DNA of 64,000 bases from Azolla caroliniana (Eukaryota > Plantae > Polypodiophyta), in NCBI GenBank assembly GCA_043228905.1, contig JBHGNT010000003.1, positions 24,986,001 through 25,050,000 on the forward strand. Direction: 5' to 3'. The position numbers were made by a program, and so were the translations under genes. Shown piece by piece: positions 1-15,100 of this stretch (the first letter of the stretch is position 1; each line of letters starts with the position of its first letter). The notes under the pieces were generated by a model, which worked only from the letters and a program-made list of their open reading frames with translations, did not search any database and was not told the origin of the DNA.

Positions 1-144
1 CATCTTCCATTTTTAGCCATTTTCCATTTCTGTCCCTTTTCCCTGCCATCATCATCATCATCATCATCATCGTCTTCGTCTTCTGCTGCTTCTTCTTCAG
101 TCCATAGATCCTCACTACTCTGATACATGCTTTCTTCACCGGCG

Positions 145-3100
145 ATGGAGTCCACTACCATCGATTTCATCAATCAGACTTTCCCTAATGGTTAGTTATC
201 TCTCTCTCTCTCTCTCTCACTCAGAAGAAGTAGATCCGAATCATGAAGAAACGATAGAGAAATCACGGTATCTTCTTCCGCGATGAGATGAACCTGAGAT
301 CTAATTTCTGTCTTCGGTTCGAATGAATTACATCTATAGTAATGCATTTCGAAGGAAATTACAGAGTATCTGTAGCTCAAATTGAGCTCTTCGAAACGAG
401 CGAAAAATAATTTCGTCGCAACTCAGAAAGATGTGACACAGAAACAAAGCTAGAACTCTTCTCTTTGGAAGAAAATTTTCTCTTTGCAAGAAGAAACCAC
501 ATTTATGTGTTTTCTCAAAGAAATGATGGAGAAATGAATGAATCAGTGAGGTGACTTCGATCTCCTGGTTGAAATCAATCACAGCTAAATATTTTCTCCT
601 TGGAGAAATAACAGAGAAATGAGTGATCTAGGAGATTTCTATGTTCCATTCGTATGAATGAGTTGGAAGAAATGATAAAAAATCATCTCTAATGATCGAT
701 CTGTGTGGCCTCTATGTTGCATTTGCCTGAATCATAGCTATACGTTTGCTCTGAATAATGCATAAGGGCAAGAATTTTACATCACAGTGAAAGAAAGCAC
801 AGCATGTATGAGCTTTTGGCAGTGGTAATAAAATTAAATGGGTAGGAGAGATTTGCACTGGTTCAGGTCCGGACATAACCGATCTCAATAGATGTGGATT
901 CTAATGTCAGATAGTGGATGAGTAATGTATGATGGTCTGGATCTACGAAGCTGGTGAGATGCAACATAGATAGCAAGATCAGTGCCGTATGACAAGCTGT
1001 AGCATAGCTATTTCAAATGCTAGATCTTCCCAATGGGTTCTCATGGAGATGCATGCAATCTGTTTGCTGGTCTGCAATGCTGTTTATGAAGATACATCGT
1101 CTATCGCTCATTTCTGGACCTTTGGACATTCTTGTCATGTGCATTATATATATATCACAGATGTAGGTAAAACTAAGATAGAGGCCAAACATACGAGATT
1201 TAACTTCACCGGATCATGTATACCAACCTGTAATGTGCCGCTGATCCTAGATGGAAGTCAGTAACAGAGTTGTGTGCAGTAGTAGATTGGCAAACATAAC
1301 AAAATGGAAAAAAATTTGAAATGTATTAATGGCTGAAAACAGTATAAGACATAACCAGGCGAAGATTACTGTGAAAAGCTTGTGGTTGGATTGGAGAGAG
1401 AGAGAGAAAGAAAGAAAGAAAGAAAGAAATATTAACGTCTTTTAAGAGGCCAAAATGGCCTATGAGACCAAACAAGTGATTATGTCTTAAGTATTGTCTT
1501 GTCTTTGAGAACAGCAAATCAAAATAAAATAAATATTACTCAGTAAATATAAAAGTAAATAAGATAAAAAGAGATGAAAAGATCTGGTTTCGGCACGTTG
1601 GAGAAAGAAAGATATATGAACGTCTTCTAAGAGGCCAAAATGGCATATAAGACCAAACAAGAGATTACATCTTAAGTGCTGTCTCGTCTTTGAGAACAAC
1701 AAACCAAAATAGAGATATTAACGTCTTTTAAGAGGCCAAAATGTCCTATAAGACCAAACAGGAGATTACATCTTAAGTGTTTTCTCATCTTTGAGAACAA
1801 CAAACCAAAATAAATGTTATCAGGTAAAAAAAAGGTAAATAAGATAAAAAGTGACTAAAGGATCTTGTTATTGGTACATGTACAATTCTCAAGTCAGATA
1901 TATTGTAATTTTATATTGTAATTTTTTTCTTCGAAAGATCCATAGGATATGTTCATCCAGAATGGAGAGGTTTCCAAAGCGACGGAAGCACCTAGGATGG
2001 TAGGAGATAATGACCTTTATCATGGTCCATGAGCCTGGGCCCTATGTCCAAGGCAAATTGCTGTTGTCCAATCTACTGTAACCCCATTGTTATGTCCTGG
2101 GGCTAAAGAAACTTGTGATTGTTCTTTGTTGATGAGCTTGCGTGGCTGTATTATTGTCCTTCAACAATTTTTCCTTGTGGCTCTTGAGTTCTAGCTAGAA
2201 AACCCCCAAGCATTGTTGGTACCCATATTCCATTACCTTGCCTACTGAGCCGAAGCCTTGCTTAAAGAAGCATTGGTATCTCCTCTTATTTCATATGAAA
2301 TACTATAGTGACAAACATAGTGTTCTTCAAATTCCATCCCTTGATGACACAATTGGCAAATTCTTTCTACAGGTATTTGTGTATATCAGCCTGCCTTGAC
2401 GTGATGAAGTTCGCAGCGGTCTAATGACACTGCGCAGCGCATAGGATAGATTTATGTCTACATAAGATGGCCTGATGATGAATCCATCCTCTAATATGTA
2501 AAAAGTGTGTCTTATAGTGGGCCATCTTCCTACCAAGTGATGTTTTGGAATTAATCCATGTTTTCTTGTTTTCCAAGTTAATAATATCAGTTTGGATCTC
2601 TCTATTCTTTTCCACTCTGGTTTCACATTTAGATGGGGACAATCCAAGATAATTGAAATGGAGGTATTGCATTTACGTTTATGCCATGTGACTCAAACCA
2701 CTGACCAACAATGAAAGTCTCCATGTTGAACAATTTGTTTTGATGACAAAAGTGCCAACCTTGAGTACTTCGTTTAGGTAGCTCCCAGTCGCTAATCAGA
2801 ATAATGCCTCGATGATTATGGGGTCTGCTCGCATCTTTGCCCAGATTATATAATGGGGCACTGATGCTTTGCTCCTTATCATGCAGGCAATCAAAGAGAC
2901 TAAAGGTCTCTCTAAATCTTTCCAGTTATTTGCTTTGTAAATACTCAGTCCCCATGTTTCTACTCTATAGAGAAGAGTTGATGTCACATGTGTATCAAAT
3001 AGCGCAATTTAGTTTGTGGTTCTTGGAGCTGCAAATGTACACATTGTCTTTCAAGAGCACCAAGGACTACATATCCGCTAGAAAGTCGGGCACAAGCAGC

Positions 3101-6100
3101 CTCCCATAAGGAGAACCTAGGCCCTGTAAATGTTACATCTAAGTATGTGTAGGAGTGTGTGTGCCACCCTTTTCTATCCCAAGAAGAATTCTGGTGTTAC
3201 CCATGCTTGAGTGGTGTTAAACACCATCACTATAGTTTTATCCATGTTTATTGACGAACCTTTGTCCCTACAAAATACTTTTAAGGCGTTCAGAAAGAAA
3301 AATATATCAATGTCCCTAAAACCATAATGGCCAATGAGAAGTGGCAAAGCTTACAACGGTTAAGGTTTCCATTTCTTAGACCTACCCAAATGGTTCTGCC
3401 ACAAGGGAGAACTTTTAAAATTTTAAAATACTTCACAACAAAAGAAATGTCTTTCCTCAGTAGCTTCCTGAAACTAAATTCCATTGAAATGTAGTTATCA
3501 ACAACTTATAATAAGGGTTGGTATCTGATCATTGGAAGTGAAATTTCTGCCTTCTGAAAATATCCATCATGGAGTGATCCGATATAGAAATCTTGTTGGG
3601 ATTAGAAGGGCCTCCCCAATCTCGTTTGATGATGGTTTTGATCGTATGAAGATATGCACATTGTGGCGTGATTCCGGTTGCCATTAGCAACATTCACAGC
3701 AGAAGAGCAGTACATTGTCTTTACCTGTCATGTTTCCACTTTGGCCAGAGTGTTTGCTTGTGTGTTACGAGGAGTGTCTCTATTAGTATATGTGTGGTAG
3801 AAATTGGTTAAAGTTCTTTGTGTAGGTGAATAAATTAATGTCGACCTTTCCCCCAAGAGCCATCAAGTTTAGAAGGAAGAGTGCTAAACATTTTGATAAT
3901 TGTACTCAATCACTCTACAAAGAGGTCGAAATCCTCCCTAAAGAGACATGGATGTCTTGCCCTGATCTCATAATAGACCGGGCAATGACAGACATAATGT
4001 TCTGCATATTCAACTTGTGTTACAAAGCTGCAAATGTGGTCCTCTATCCTTAGTTAAGAAATGATGTCTGGACCTATACTGTTGCTGTGTGAATGGCATG
4101 CGACATGTCTCAAGTTCTTGACTTGAATAATGAAATCATCTGCTGAAGTGTGTAAGAAAAATGATTTATCATTGACCATCTTTGGGCAAAATACCACCTC
4201 TTCAGAAAAAATTTAACCTATTTTCATAAAGCTTTTAAGTGCCTTATATAGGGCCTAACCTAAAGAGAATTTATATGGCACAACTTTATGATCGGATGCA
4301 CACACCTCCATACACATCGAAATTCAATGCTAACTAGACTGATCATATGCCGATCTTGGGGTTTGCTGGCCTTGGCCTCCATGATTTTACTCTAACCATG
4401 CAATGTCTTCTTGGACGCTTTCAAAAATTCCAAGGGAGTAAGAAAAATAAATAATATGATGTAAAAGAAAAAAAGTAATACCTCACGGTGACAATTGCCT
4501 TGAACTTTGAGGTGTATTAGAAGAGAGAGATTTTATCTCTCAGTACATACATGTAATTCTCATGGCATTCAGAATCATTGAGTAAGGTAGTAGTTACTGC
4601 AATATAGATAATTTAATGGAGAATGAAAATCGTGGAGGTAATTCATCAGCCAGGTTGGATCAAGTCAGAAATTTGCAAGCTACTGTGGTGTTGCTGTATA
4701 TATATGCCAAGGCTCAGCACTCAGCCTGATGATGGAGTTTTGAGTACACCATATGCAGATGATGCACAACTTTGTGGATCTCTTGACCTAGTCTCGTGGT
4801 TCAGAAAAATGGCTGAAGCATCTGTTGAAGATCTGTGTCAGGCTGATGGAGACTAAATGGCTGTTGGATAATGGCGTCAGGGGGGCATGTTCACATGGAA
4901 GAAGCTGCACTTGTTCAAGCATTATAGAGGATGATTTTATCTCTTTAAACAACTAAGAATTTAATAACCAATGCATCTACTCATGATATAAGGTTGGAGA
5001 ATGCGAATATTGAAGCAGAAGATGAATTGCAGGATGAGGTGATGTAACTCAGTTTTCTTTTGTAGCATTAGGTAGGGTTCAGTTCGGATCTGACAACAGC
5101 TGCATCACAATAAACTAGGATCCAGTATTATGAAGCATGTTCAATACAGTAAGTGCAGATGAGATTATCTAATGAGCGTATTGTTTGAATGTAGCGAATT
5201 GTGTTTGGATCTCCTCAACAAGTCTCCTGGTTCTTTGGGACCTTTATCCAATGAATCAACCTAAAACAGTTAGAGATTTTCTTCATTTTATCTTCTTTTA
5301 CATGTGCTAGGGATTGTTCTAATTCCTAATTGAAGCCATAACTAGGAAAAAAGTACATTCTCAGTCGCTAATTGTGGAGCTAATTTGGAGAATAGACAAG
5401 ATTGGAGCAACTGTGGAAACTTCTGTAGAAGGTTGGGATTAGAAAGAGGACTCGTGATCTTTGTCAGATGATCAGTTGAGGGGATACGTTTGCATGGAAC
5501 AAGCTACATGAATATGAGTGCAAGAAAATAACTCCTGAGTGGTTGAGAATTGATCAATACAGCTACCCTGATATATGAGGAATGAAGCCCTGATTGGGAA
5601 AGGTGCCATTTGAAATGATATATACTTTCTGACTGAGCACCGTAAATTATCTCTCCATGTAAATACTCTTCATTGATATAATGTTAATCTTGCTTTCCAT
5701 GCCTTCCATGATCTCCATGATATCCCATGATATTATGATTGTAATGAGGTTGGTTTCTTGTAGGCCACTTTGGCCCTCATAAAAATGTTAATACAGTCAT
5801 TCATTCATTCATTCTTTTTCTGTCTCGATGTAATCTTGTAATATTGATCACATATAGTGCTGAGCAGGGACATCCTTAGTTAAGACTGTAAAGATGGTTT
5901 GAGAAGTACCAAACTTCAATTAGCAAAAAATTATCTTTATATATGTACCAGTGGTTGAAACATTTTATCTCTATGACACAGAAGGATCACTGGTTGCAGT
6001 GGAGCCAATCATACAGAAATTGCGGAACAAAATTCAACAAGTTGATGCTGAGATATTGGCAGCAGTTCGCCAACAAGTGATTTCCTACTTTCTCAATGAT

Positions 6101-9100
6101 TTCATTATTTCCATCAATAATATCTATTCATGCTATGGTATATTACTATAATTATACTGCTCTTTAGAGTTCCTCAGGAACAAAAGCTAAGGAAGACCTG
6201 GCAGCTGCAATGCGAGCAATTCAGGTAAATTGTTTTGAATGTATTGATTTTTATGAAGGCTATATTCTTGACTTTAAGCCGTTGGTTACTGAAAATTTTG
6301 ACATATGCAGGAGCTCACACAAAGGATAAAAGAAATAAAAGGAAAAGCAGAACAAAGTGAAGTGATGGTACAGGAGATATGCCATGATATTAAAAAGTTG
6401 GACTTCGCCAAGAAACATATTACAACAACAATAACTGCACTCCATCGCCTTGCAATGCTGGGTATTATTTTATTATTTATTTGAGAATCAATGCTGATAC
6501 TTGAGGATGGGAAGTGAGGTTGATGCTATTCAATGCTATGGTGGTCCAAGCATTGCTTTATGTAGTGGATGTGTGGGGTGACACTATCTCACTCAGGTGC
6601 ATGGAATAAAATAGAGAAGATTCAAAAATTGTTCTTAGTCACTTGGGAGTAAAATCTTCAATATCCTGTCCTGTCATGCTATATATAGAAACAAGTGCTT
6701 GTCCAATAGAGGAACAGGCCATGCAAAAAGTATAAAAGTATATCACAAAAATAAGAGTATGCTTGGTCATAGATTGCTGAAACAAGCTTGGAATGTAGGA
6801 TGCAAAGTACACGAAACACATAAGAGAAAAATCCTCTTATCTGTCTGGGTGCTTGACATTATGAAATGGTGTAAGAGGTGGGGGGTAGAAGATCTATTGG
6901 AGTTCTAAGGTGATGCTATGAAGTATGTGATCATCGAGGATAGATTACTAGAGGCACTAACGATGAAGTGACAAGATGCCAAAGTGTCAAAATTGGAATA
7001 TTACATTGCAAATATTAACCCCCAATGTTGGCCCCAATACAAGGTTAAGCATTGGCTCTCGGAGAGCCTTAGCACTTCTTTGAACTCACTCAGACAATTT
7101 AGATGTTGTGGTAACATCATGGCATCGATGAAAACCTAGTGGAAGATGAATAACACTTATCTCATGCTCAGCGTATAAGGTAATTCATGAGAAATATTAT
7201 CACTCGATATGTCAAACTCGAATGTCCACCAAGAAGGTTGAGCACACACGTGGGCGCATGATTTTCACAGTTCCTTGGAATGAGTTGCATACATGATAAC
7301 ATGTTGATGTGGTCCCATAGGTCAAAATTGGCCTTTTCATGGACGATAAAACATCTATTCTATTCTCCTTGGTTCCATCTGCTTTTAAGGCCATAGAAAG
7401 TGGTTGGATAAACTCAAGCATCATAATTTTCACTCGGTCATCTTTGGGCTAACCACCTTAGTTAGTTGAGTAGTGGAAGGTGCAATCTCCAAGGAGGGTT
7501 GTGTAGATGGCTATCATCTGTCCCTTGAAGAAGATGATATCTCCCTCTGTTTTGTCTGTGATGAGACGACTGCGTGGGTTCACTTAAAGGAAGAATGCTT
7601 GTGTTAATATCTTTGACTATGATATAACCCCCCTGAAGGCATGCGTGATGCTGTCTTGGACACGTTATGGCAGTTAAATGAGCTTTGAACAGGCACCAAA
7701 AAGAGTGGATGGGAAAAATCCACCCTCCCTCATCTAGGTTCTCACATGTTTGTTTCCAAAAATCTCTTGCTTGGTTTGTTTACATTGTGGAAAGGTTTTA
7801 TTCTTAATCGAATTATGGATAATATCAAGTGTGTCTCTGGACATTTACAGAACGGTTTTTTTTTGCTTAGATAAGCTTGCACCATCATAGTATTTCCCAG
7901 CTAATAGGTTCTGTGTGTATATATATATTTCTGGTAGAGCTTAAGTTAGCATCATTCTTGCTTCTCTCAAGTCAAGGCAAAAGAACTTTGTTCAAAGTGC
8001 ATGGAATTACTTAAAATAAAACAAGACAAATTTTTTTATCAGGAACTGAAAAAACTTATCACACTGCTCTTATTAAAAATGCAGTTTCAGCTGTTGAACA
8101 ATTGCAAACAATGGCATCCAAACGTCAATATAAAGAAGCGTCAGGACAACTAGAGGTCTGTAGAAACACCTATTTTCTTACATGTTGGTTGATTACGAAG
8201 ACTTGCAAGATTATAATGCTATTGCTTTGCAAACAAGCTATTTTCTTACATGTAGAAACACCTATTTTCTTACATGTTGGTTGATTACGAAGACTTGCAA
8301 GATTATAATGCTATTGCTTTGCAAACAAGCTATTCATATATCATTTGTTCTTAGAATGTTGTATGTTTGATATTTGACATTATTTGCTCTATGTGCGTTA
8401 AAGAATTTTGGGGTTTTCCTCCTATGACTTGGTACACTCTGCTGTCTAAATGCTATCATAGACTTCTGGGGCTTCATAATACCACATGTCAAACCATAAA
8501 CTTTGATATTCATATATGATTTGTTCTTAGAATGTTGTATGATTGATATTTGCAGGCAGTAAATCAACTGTGCGCACATTTTGAAGCCTATCGTGATATA
8601 CCAAAAATTAGTGAATTGCGAGAAAAATTCAAGAGCATAAAGCAGATGTTGAAATCACATGTATTTTCAGATTTCTCAAGGTACTCTGTGGTCTTTAAAA
8701 TTCAGTTAAAATTCAGCTGTGTTTTTAAAATTTGTTTTTCCTAGGGAGGGATTTCTATTGAAAAGCTACATTGATCAGATACAATTCATGCAAATTTGGA
8801 AAGAAGACTAGAAAGACAGGTTATGGATAAGTGACCAGTTGTAGCTGGAACTTGTCTAAGACTCAGTAGATATCCATAATCCAATTGGGGCTATATAGTA
8901 CTAATTGGATGATGAGTGGGAAACTAGATTCATAATCTAGGTGGTTTCATTCTCCCTACAAAGATTTGCTTATGAATATCATCAGATTACCATGATTCAT
9001 CCTGATCATTATCGAAACAATGCAGATAAGCTTTCAACTTTTATGACATCTATTGACATGGTGAATGCACATTCTTTGTGGCTTTACAATTCATCATATT

Positions 9101-12100
9101 TGAATGAATTTCTTTTTTCATTTTCTATTGGAGTCCAAAGCTTCATGTGGTTGAGCTTGTTAATCACACTTATAGTGTGATAGAAAGTATTACTTCAGAA
9201 TTGAGCCATATTGTGATTCTTTGGGAGTTTTCAGAGTGGTAGAGCTAGTATATGCATGTTTATGCAAAAATAAAAATGTTGTCTTGTAGGGTCATGAGAA
9301 AGACTACTATAATGTGCTGCCAAGGGTTGCTAACAAGGTGGTTTATCAAGCCCACCCCATTTTAATCCAGCCTTTATGATGAACCGTTTCATGATGAGCT
9401 GGGGGCCAGCTGGAGGTATGGCTGAGCTGCTCAAGGTAATGGTTAGTGGGTGAAATACTTGTCCCTGGAAGAATTGGCCCCTGATACCAAATAACTTTAG
9501 ATGGAGTGGATCCCGTAATGGCCATAGAGAGAAATATTGATAGAGACAAAAGATTTGAGGATTGGATCTCGAGCAAAAACCTACAATAAAATCTGCAAAC
9601 AAACTATTATTCGATTTTTATACAACCTATTATTTGGCTTGATCAGGAAATACAACCTATTATTCGATTTTCTGAGAGCATCGGCCTCAAAACTGATCTA
9701 GAAATCTAAGAAAGAGTTTCATCTTGCTTCTCTTCTGTTGAAGAACTGTTTAGATGGATCTTGCATGCGGAATCACCGGAAATGGAAAAGTAAAATGTTT
9801 GTTGATACATTTTCTTGGATCGAGTTGAGTCTTTTGATAATAAATAATTTAGGCTTGTTTGCATAGAAGATTTTGATGAAAATTCTATCTCACTGCCTTC
9901 TATAGATATGATTTAGTATATCTTTTTTATGTTTGTTATGAGCTTTAAAAGTAAAACTGAATTTCCTGACTCACCTGTGTGACATATTATAATTTTCAGC
10001 TTAGGTACAGCACGCTTAAAAGAGGATGGAAATGTAATGCAACAACTGGCAGATGCATGCTTAGTAGTTGATGCACTTGATGCATCTGTAAGAGAAGAAC
10101 TCGTCAATACTGTATGCAACAAGGAATTAACTGCTTATAAGCAAATATTTGAAGGAACAGGTCCTTTCATATTTTGGATCTATTCAAGATAAACATTTGT
10201 TGAAATTAGCGCAGTGTATTTGTTTTTTGTCTCAAATAACATGGAGCTATTCATTTGATTTAAAGAGCAGAGCTTGCCAGACTTGATAAAGTTGAGCGGC
10301 GATATGCATGGATAAAGCGTCAAATGCGCACAAATGAGGATATATGGAAAATTTTTCCTCCCTCATGGCGTGTCCTATATTTATTGTGTGTTCAATTCTG
10401 CAAAGTAACAAGGTGAGTTCTGCATGATTTCAATAATTTATAGATGCTCATTTCTTTCTGGATCCCATTAGTAATAGAAGATGATTAATTCTCCTTAGCA
10501 TAAGCGGCTTAGAAAAACCTGAGAAATTTCCTGAAGTTCTCGTACTCCATCTACCAGGTCTCATCTTACAGATATTTTAGATGATGTTAAGGAAAAGCCT
10601 GATGTGGCAACACTATTACAGGTAGCGAAATAAGGATTTCTGTTGGCTGTTTATGGTAAAACTATGATGTTTGAAGGTTCTAAAACTATAATTGTTTTGC
10701 ATGAGCACTTACAGACACTGAAGAGCACTACAGATTTTGAGAAAGATCTTGCCCACACTTTTGGTGAAGGAAATGATCCAAATGCTGGGAAGGATTCGGA
10801 TAGTGCAGATGAATCTGATGATGTGGTGGTGCTTGGAGAGGATGAAAATTCTCCTTCAGTAATCAGGAAGAAATATGAGAAAAAACTTGCTGAGAAAGCT
10901 GGAAAAAATGCACAGTCCACAAGTGTAAACAATGTTCATGATTTCAATTCACAAAATTGTGATATATTTATATTGATTTCAATGCAAATTTACTTCAGGG
11001 GGATGAAGATAAGGCTATAAAAAATATAGCTGCACGGCCTGTGAGTTTGTTTGCCTTTGTGTTGTTTGAAAGTATTAAGAGTGGAACTTGCTTCTTGAAA
11101 TCTGAATTTTGTGGTACGCACAGATGAGTTTCCATGGCATAATCTCTTCGTGCTTTGAGCCACATTTGTCAGTTTATGTTGAACTAGAGGAGAAAACATT
11201 AATAGAGAGCGTAGATAAACTTGTACAGGTATGGAATAATATGACAGATTGGGTGAAATTATAAATGGAGGTGATGTCAATTTTGCATTCATTCTTAACA
11301 TATCTACTCCGTCCTTTCTGGAAAAAGGCTGAATCATGGGAGGCTGAAGAAGGTAGTCAAACAAACATCCTTGGAAGCAGCACTCAGGTTTTCTATCACC
11401 TATAATGCATATTTCCTGCTATATATGAAGGTTCATACTTTAAGTTCATGTTTATGTCCTCATATTGTATGTGCATTCTATTTGTTCTATTTATACATAA
11501 TTGTTCACATTAGGTTTTCTGCATAGCTCTATGAATGAACTTTCACCAAGCCTTCCACGGCCGAATGAAGCTATCACTATTCAGAAAAGCAAGTTATTGC
11601 ATTTTAGTCGTTTGAACTTGGACATATTATGCCAATGTTTTCCTTGCTGTATAGATGAGTAATTGATGGTATTCACATTTGTTAGGAAACAGGCCTCCCT
11701 ATGTCTCTTTTCGAGTATATAGTAGATAGCCAAGAAAGTAATTTAGATGTGAGGCCTATCATGTCTGCAGATATACATGTTCATATCCATGCACATCTGC
11801 CACCCATAAGAAGAGGACATTGACCTGGTTAGGGCCCAAGTCACTTGCAACCAAATTGAAAATAGAGCAGGTTTGTAATAATTGAAACCGTGAGAATGGA
11901 GAGGTTCAGCCGTAATGGATCCATGGAGGAGATTGAACACTATGAGAGCCCATGTCAGCATTCTATGGCATACAAGGGAGAAGAAGGCCAATGGCATGCC
12001 TGCATTCACAGATGGTTATTCAAAGTGACAAGACAAAAAAATTGATAGAGGGCAGTAAGAAAGCAAAGACTTAATTGCCATTTTTCCTTCATTTTCAACA

Positions 12101-15100
12101 TGGCACCTTTGTCCAGATGACTTTCAATTGCATGTTCAAGTAAGAGGGATCAAGGATCAGGAGAAGAGGCATCACTAAACACATGCAACACAGGACAGGG
12201 TGTATGTAGGAAAAATAGGTGCATAAGAAGAGGGGAAATGTCTACTCAAAGGAAATTTCAGCCCATGATATAAACCGGATTACAAAGGTGTATCTTTCCA
12301 CTATCGTAAACAGTAAATAAAAATAGGACAAGAATGATAGCAATGAACACAAGATTCTTCTATGATCTTGCAGTACAAGAATGAGAGATGATTATTATTT
12401 GGCTCGGTACCTCTACTCGCATTGTATGCTGGAGACAGGCAAACTAGCTCTTTGTAGATAACTCAGGGTGGTCAACTTGCAGATAAGATACAGTAAGAGG
12501 ATAAAGAGTCCCAATGGAGCAGCTGTGCTTTTTAGACAGGTGCCACAACCTATCACTCACATTGATCTCAGAGAAGAAATCTATCGATACTCATGCAGAA
12601 TGAGAGGAAATGAAGACATGCTATTGTATTTTTCGATATATTCTTCAACTAGAAAGATTTTAAAGCTACCCATTAGTTATGGGTGATAATGATTTCATTG
12701 GTGGTAGTCATAATGGAGATTCAACGAGAATTTAGAGGTTCCATGCATGTGTAAGCTTCATACCATAGCTTAGTAATAAATAGTCCACTTCATTTTCTCC
12801 ATTCCAGTATATCATGGAAGCTCCTTTTACTCATCATAAGCGGAAAAAAGTGACCAATGAAAAGCCTCTGGGAACTAAAATGGCATTCTGTAGAGATCAC
12901 TTTCTGACATTGACAACTGGTGGCTTTAGTTCCCCCATGATGTGAGATGTGTTTGGGCAGATCCACTATATTGTCACATCAACTTCAGGTGGAGACTGGT
13001 AGATACCTTCATTGAGAGTATATGCCACAATTCTCTGTGCCTGTTATGTCATCTTGAGTTGGAGATGGGAATACCACACATGCAGATCCTCAGCCTTCGG
13101 ATACATCAGAGACAGATCCATTGCCCTCTTCCATGACCAGATCACCTTTATAGAGTTTATGAGAGCTCAAGGTCAGAGGCAGTTTGGACTCTTCTACTAG
13201 AGAGCCCCACAGCAACGATACAAGCCCCGATTTTTGGCCCTACACAGATGTAAGCTTCAGAGTACTCTGACCCTCCAAGACTTTCAGCTACCATTTTACT
13301 AGTATTCTAAAATCCCTTTACAATATGCATTAGGATTCTGAAGCAAATTCAGAGTGTGAGACTTGATAGACAAATACTTTGCAAATTATACTTCCTGCAC
13401 CTATGAGGAAATTGAGAAACAGATATTATAGCCAGATTCATTCCATGATCTTTTGATTAAGTATTAATGCTTAACCTTGTGCAGAGATAAATATCACTGA
13501 TGATCCGTAAGGATACTCTAGCATGACTACTCGCAAATGTATGTTTCATACGGCTCTTTGATTCTCTTGTTCAGTACCTACTACCAAGGCAACTTTTTAT
13601 TTATTTACTAGATAACTTTTTAGTTTGTAGTTTAGCTTTGATGAGATATAATGATTGTAACTCTTTTACATCTCATAGATAATTTTGACCTCTTTAGAAC
13701 ATTAATATAATCTTTCTTTCTCTCTCTAGAGATAGTACTTTATATGAAGTTGGATACAAGCAGGATCCTATGATATAACATATAAAGTGTTACTGGGAGT
13801 CTGAACCATATGTTTCTGTATTTTTGTACTCATTTCAATGTGGAAAACCAATGCTACCAATTATTGTTTCCCTGACCACTGTAGGAATCATCTTAATTTT
13901 TGCCACCGAAATTCTTGTTTTCAACTTACCAGAGTCCTGGCATCCACCATATTTATTTTGCTTGCACTAAAATATCCCTCTTTGTTAAACGCATATGCAA
14001 GCATTCTTGTGAAATGATGAATAATATTAATTGTTATCCATCTGTGTGATATTCTATGACGTGCTTGAAATTAACCAAAAGGTTCTTGATTGATCATTAT
14101 TGTAATGTTCTTTTGCTTCTAGGTCTTTCTAATCATTAAGAAGAGCTTGAAGCGCTGTTCCGCTCTTACTAGGAATCAAACACTTTATAATCTGTCTCTG
14201 GTATGATTCTGTGCTTGAAAGAACTTTCATGTGATGTAAACATGTTTATGGTTGAGGATTAATTATCCACAGCTTGTGTATTTTGGTACTTACAGGTCTT
14301 TCAAAGGGTATTGAAGCACTATGCTTTTAAGCTTCAAAGCATTAGGCTTCCTAAGCCTGGTTCTGGCCTTGTTGCAGCAGCAACTGGAGCTGATAAAGTG
14401 AGTTAATAATTGGTTAACTTTTATTTGATTTATGGAATAGAAATGGAGCCACTATTAAGCACAAAATCATTCTAGTAATCCACTTTTCTGAAATCAGATA
14501 TCTGATAAAGATGAACGAGTGATTTGCTATATTGTCAATACTGCAGAATACTGTCATGAAACAGTAAGTTGGCGAATCCATCTGTTAGTTTTATTTTCCA
14601 TTTCCATCAAATTTATTTCACAAGCATTGATATTTTCAGAATGTATTATGTTTTGGCTTTTTTTGTGAAATAGCTAAAATGGTTTCACAGTTGTTTCCAT
14701 CAAACTTGATGTTTTATTTGAAGGGTTAGGCATATGTCGAGGATACCTATGATAAATTTACTGTGATGCAGGAAGATATAGTAAACTTTTGCCTCTACTC
14801 CTATCCCTAGACGTAACGAAGTAATGAACTGTAGGTTACAAAAGATCAAATTTCTAGCTCCTTTTAGCATCTTGGTAAGAGGTCTATAGCTGCGAAGAAG
14901 AATGTCATGTACAAAGATTACATAAAGGAGAATGCTACCTATAGTGACAGATGTATATATGAACATTGCTTTATTGCATTCAGTGCCAGAAGTTGATTTG
15001 GAACCATTAGCGTCTGGATCTTTGTTTAAGTAAATAATCTTTTATTAAGTGTATATATTACCATTGCTTTGTTGCATTCATTGCCCAAAATTATTTTGGA

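Noticed and set aside
11229-11327. Possible U12 intron in VPS53 (branch-like 'ttcttaac', purine-rich acceptor 'gaaaaag')
   Set aside because: The donor is gtatgg, not the U12 consensus GTATCCTT. Treated as a weak U2 acceptor.
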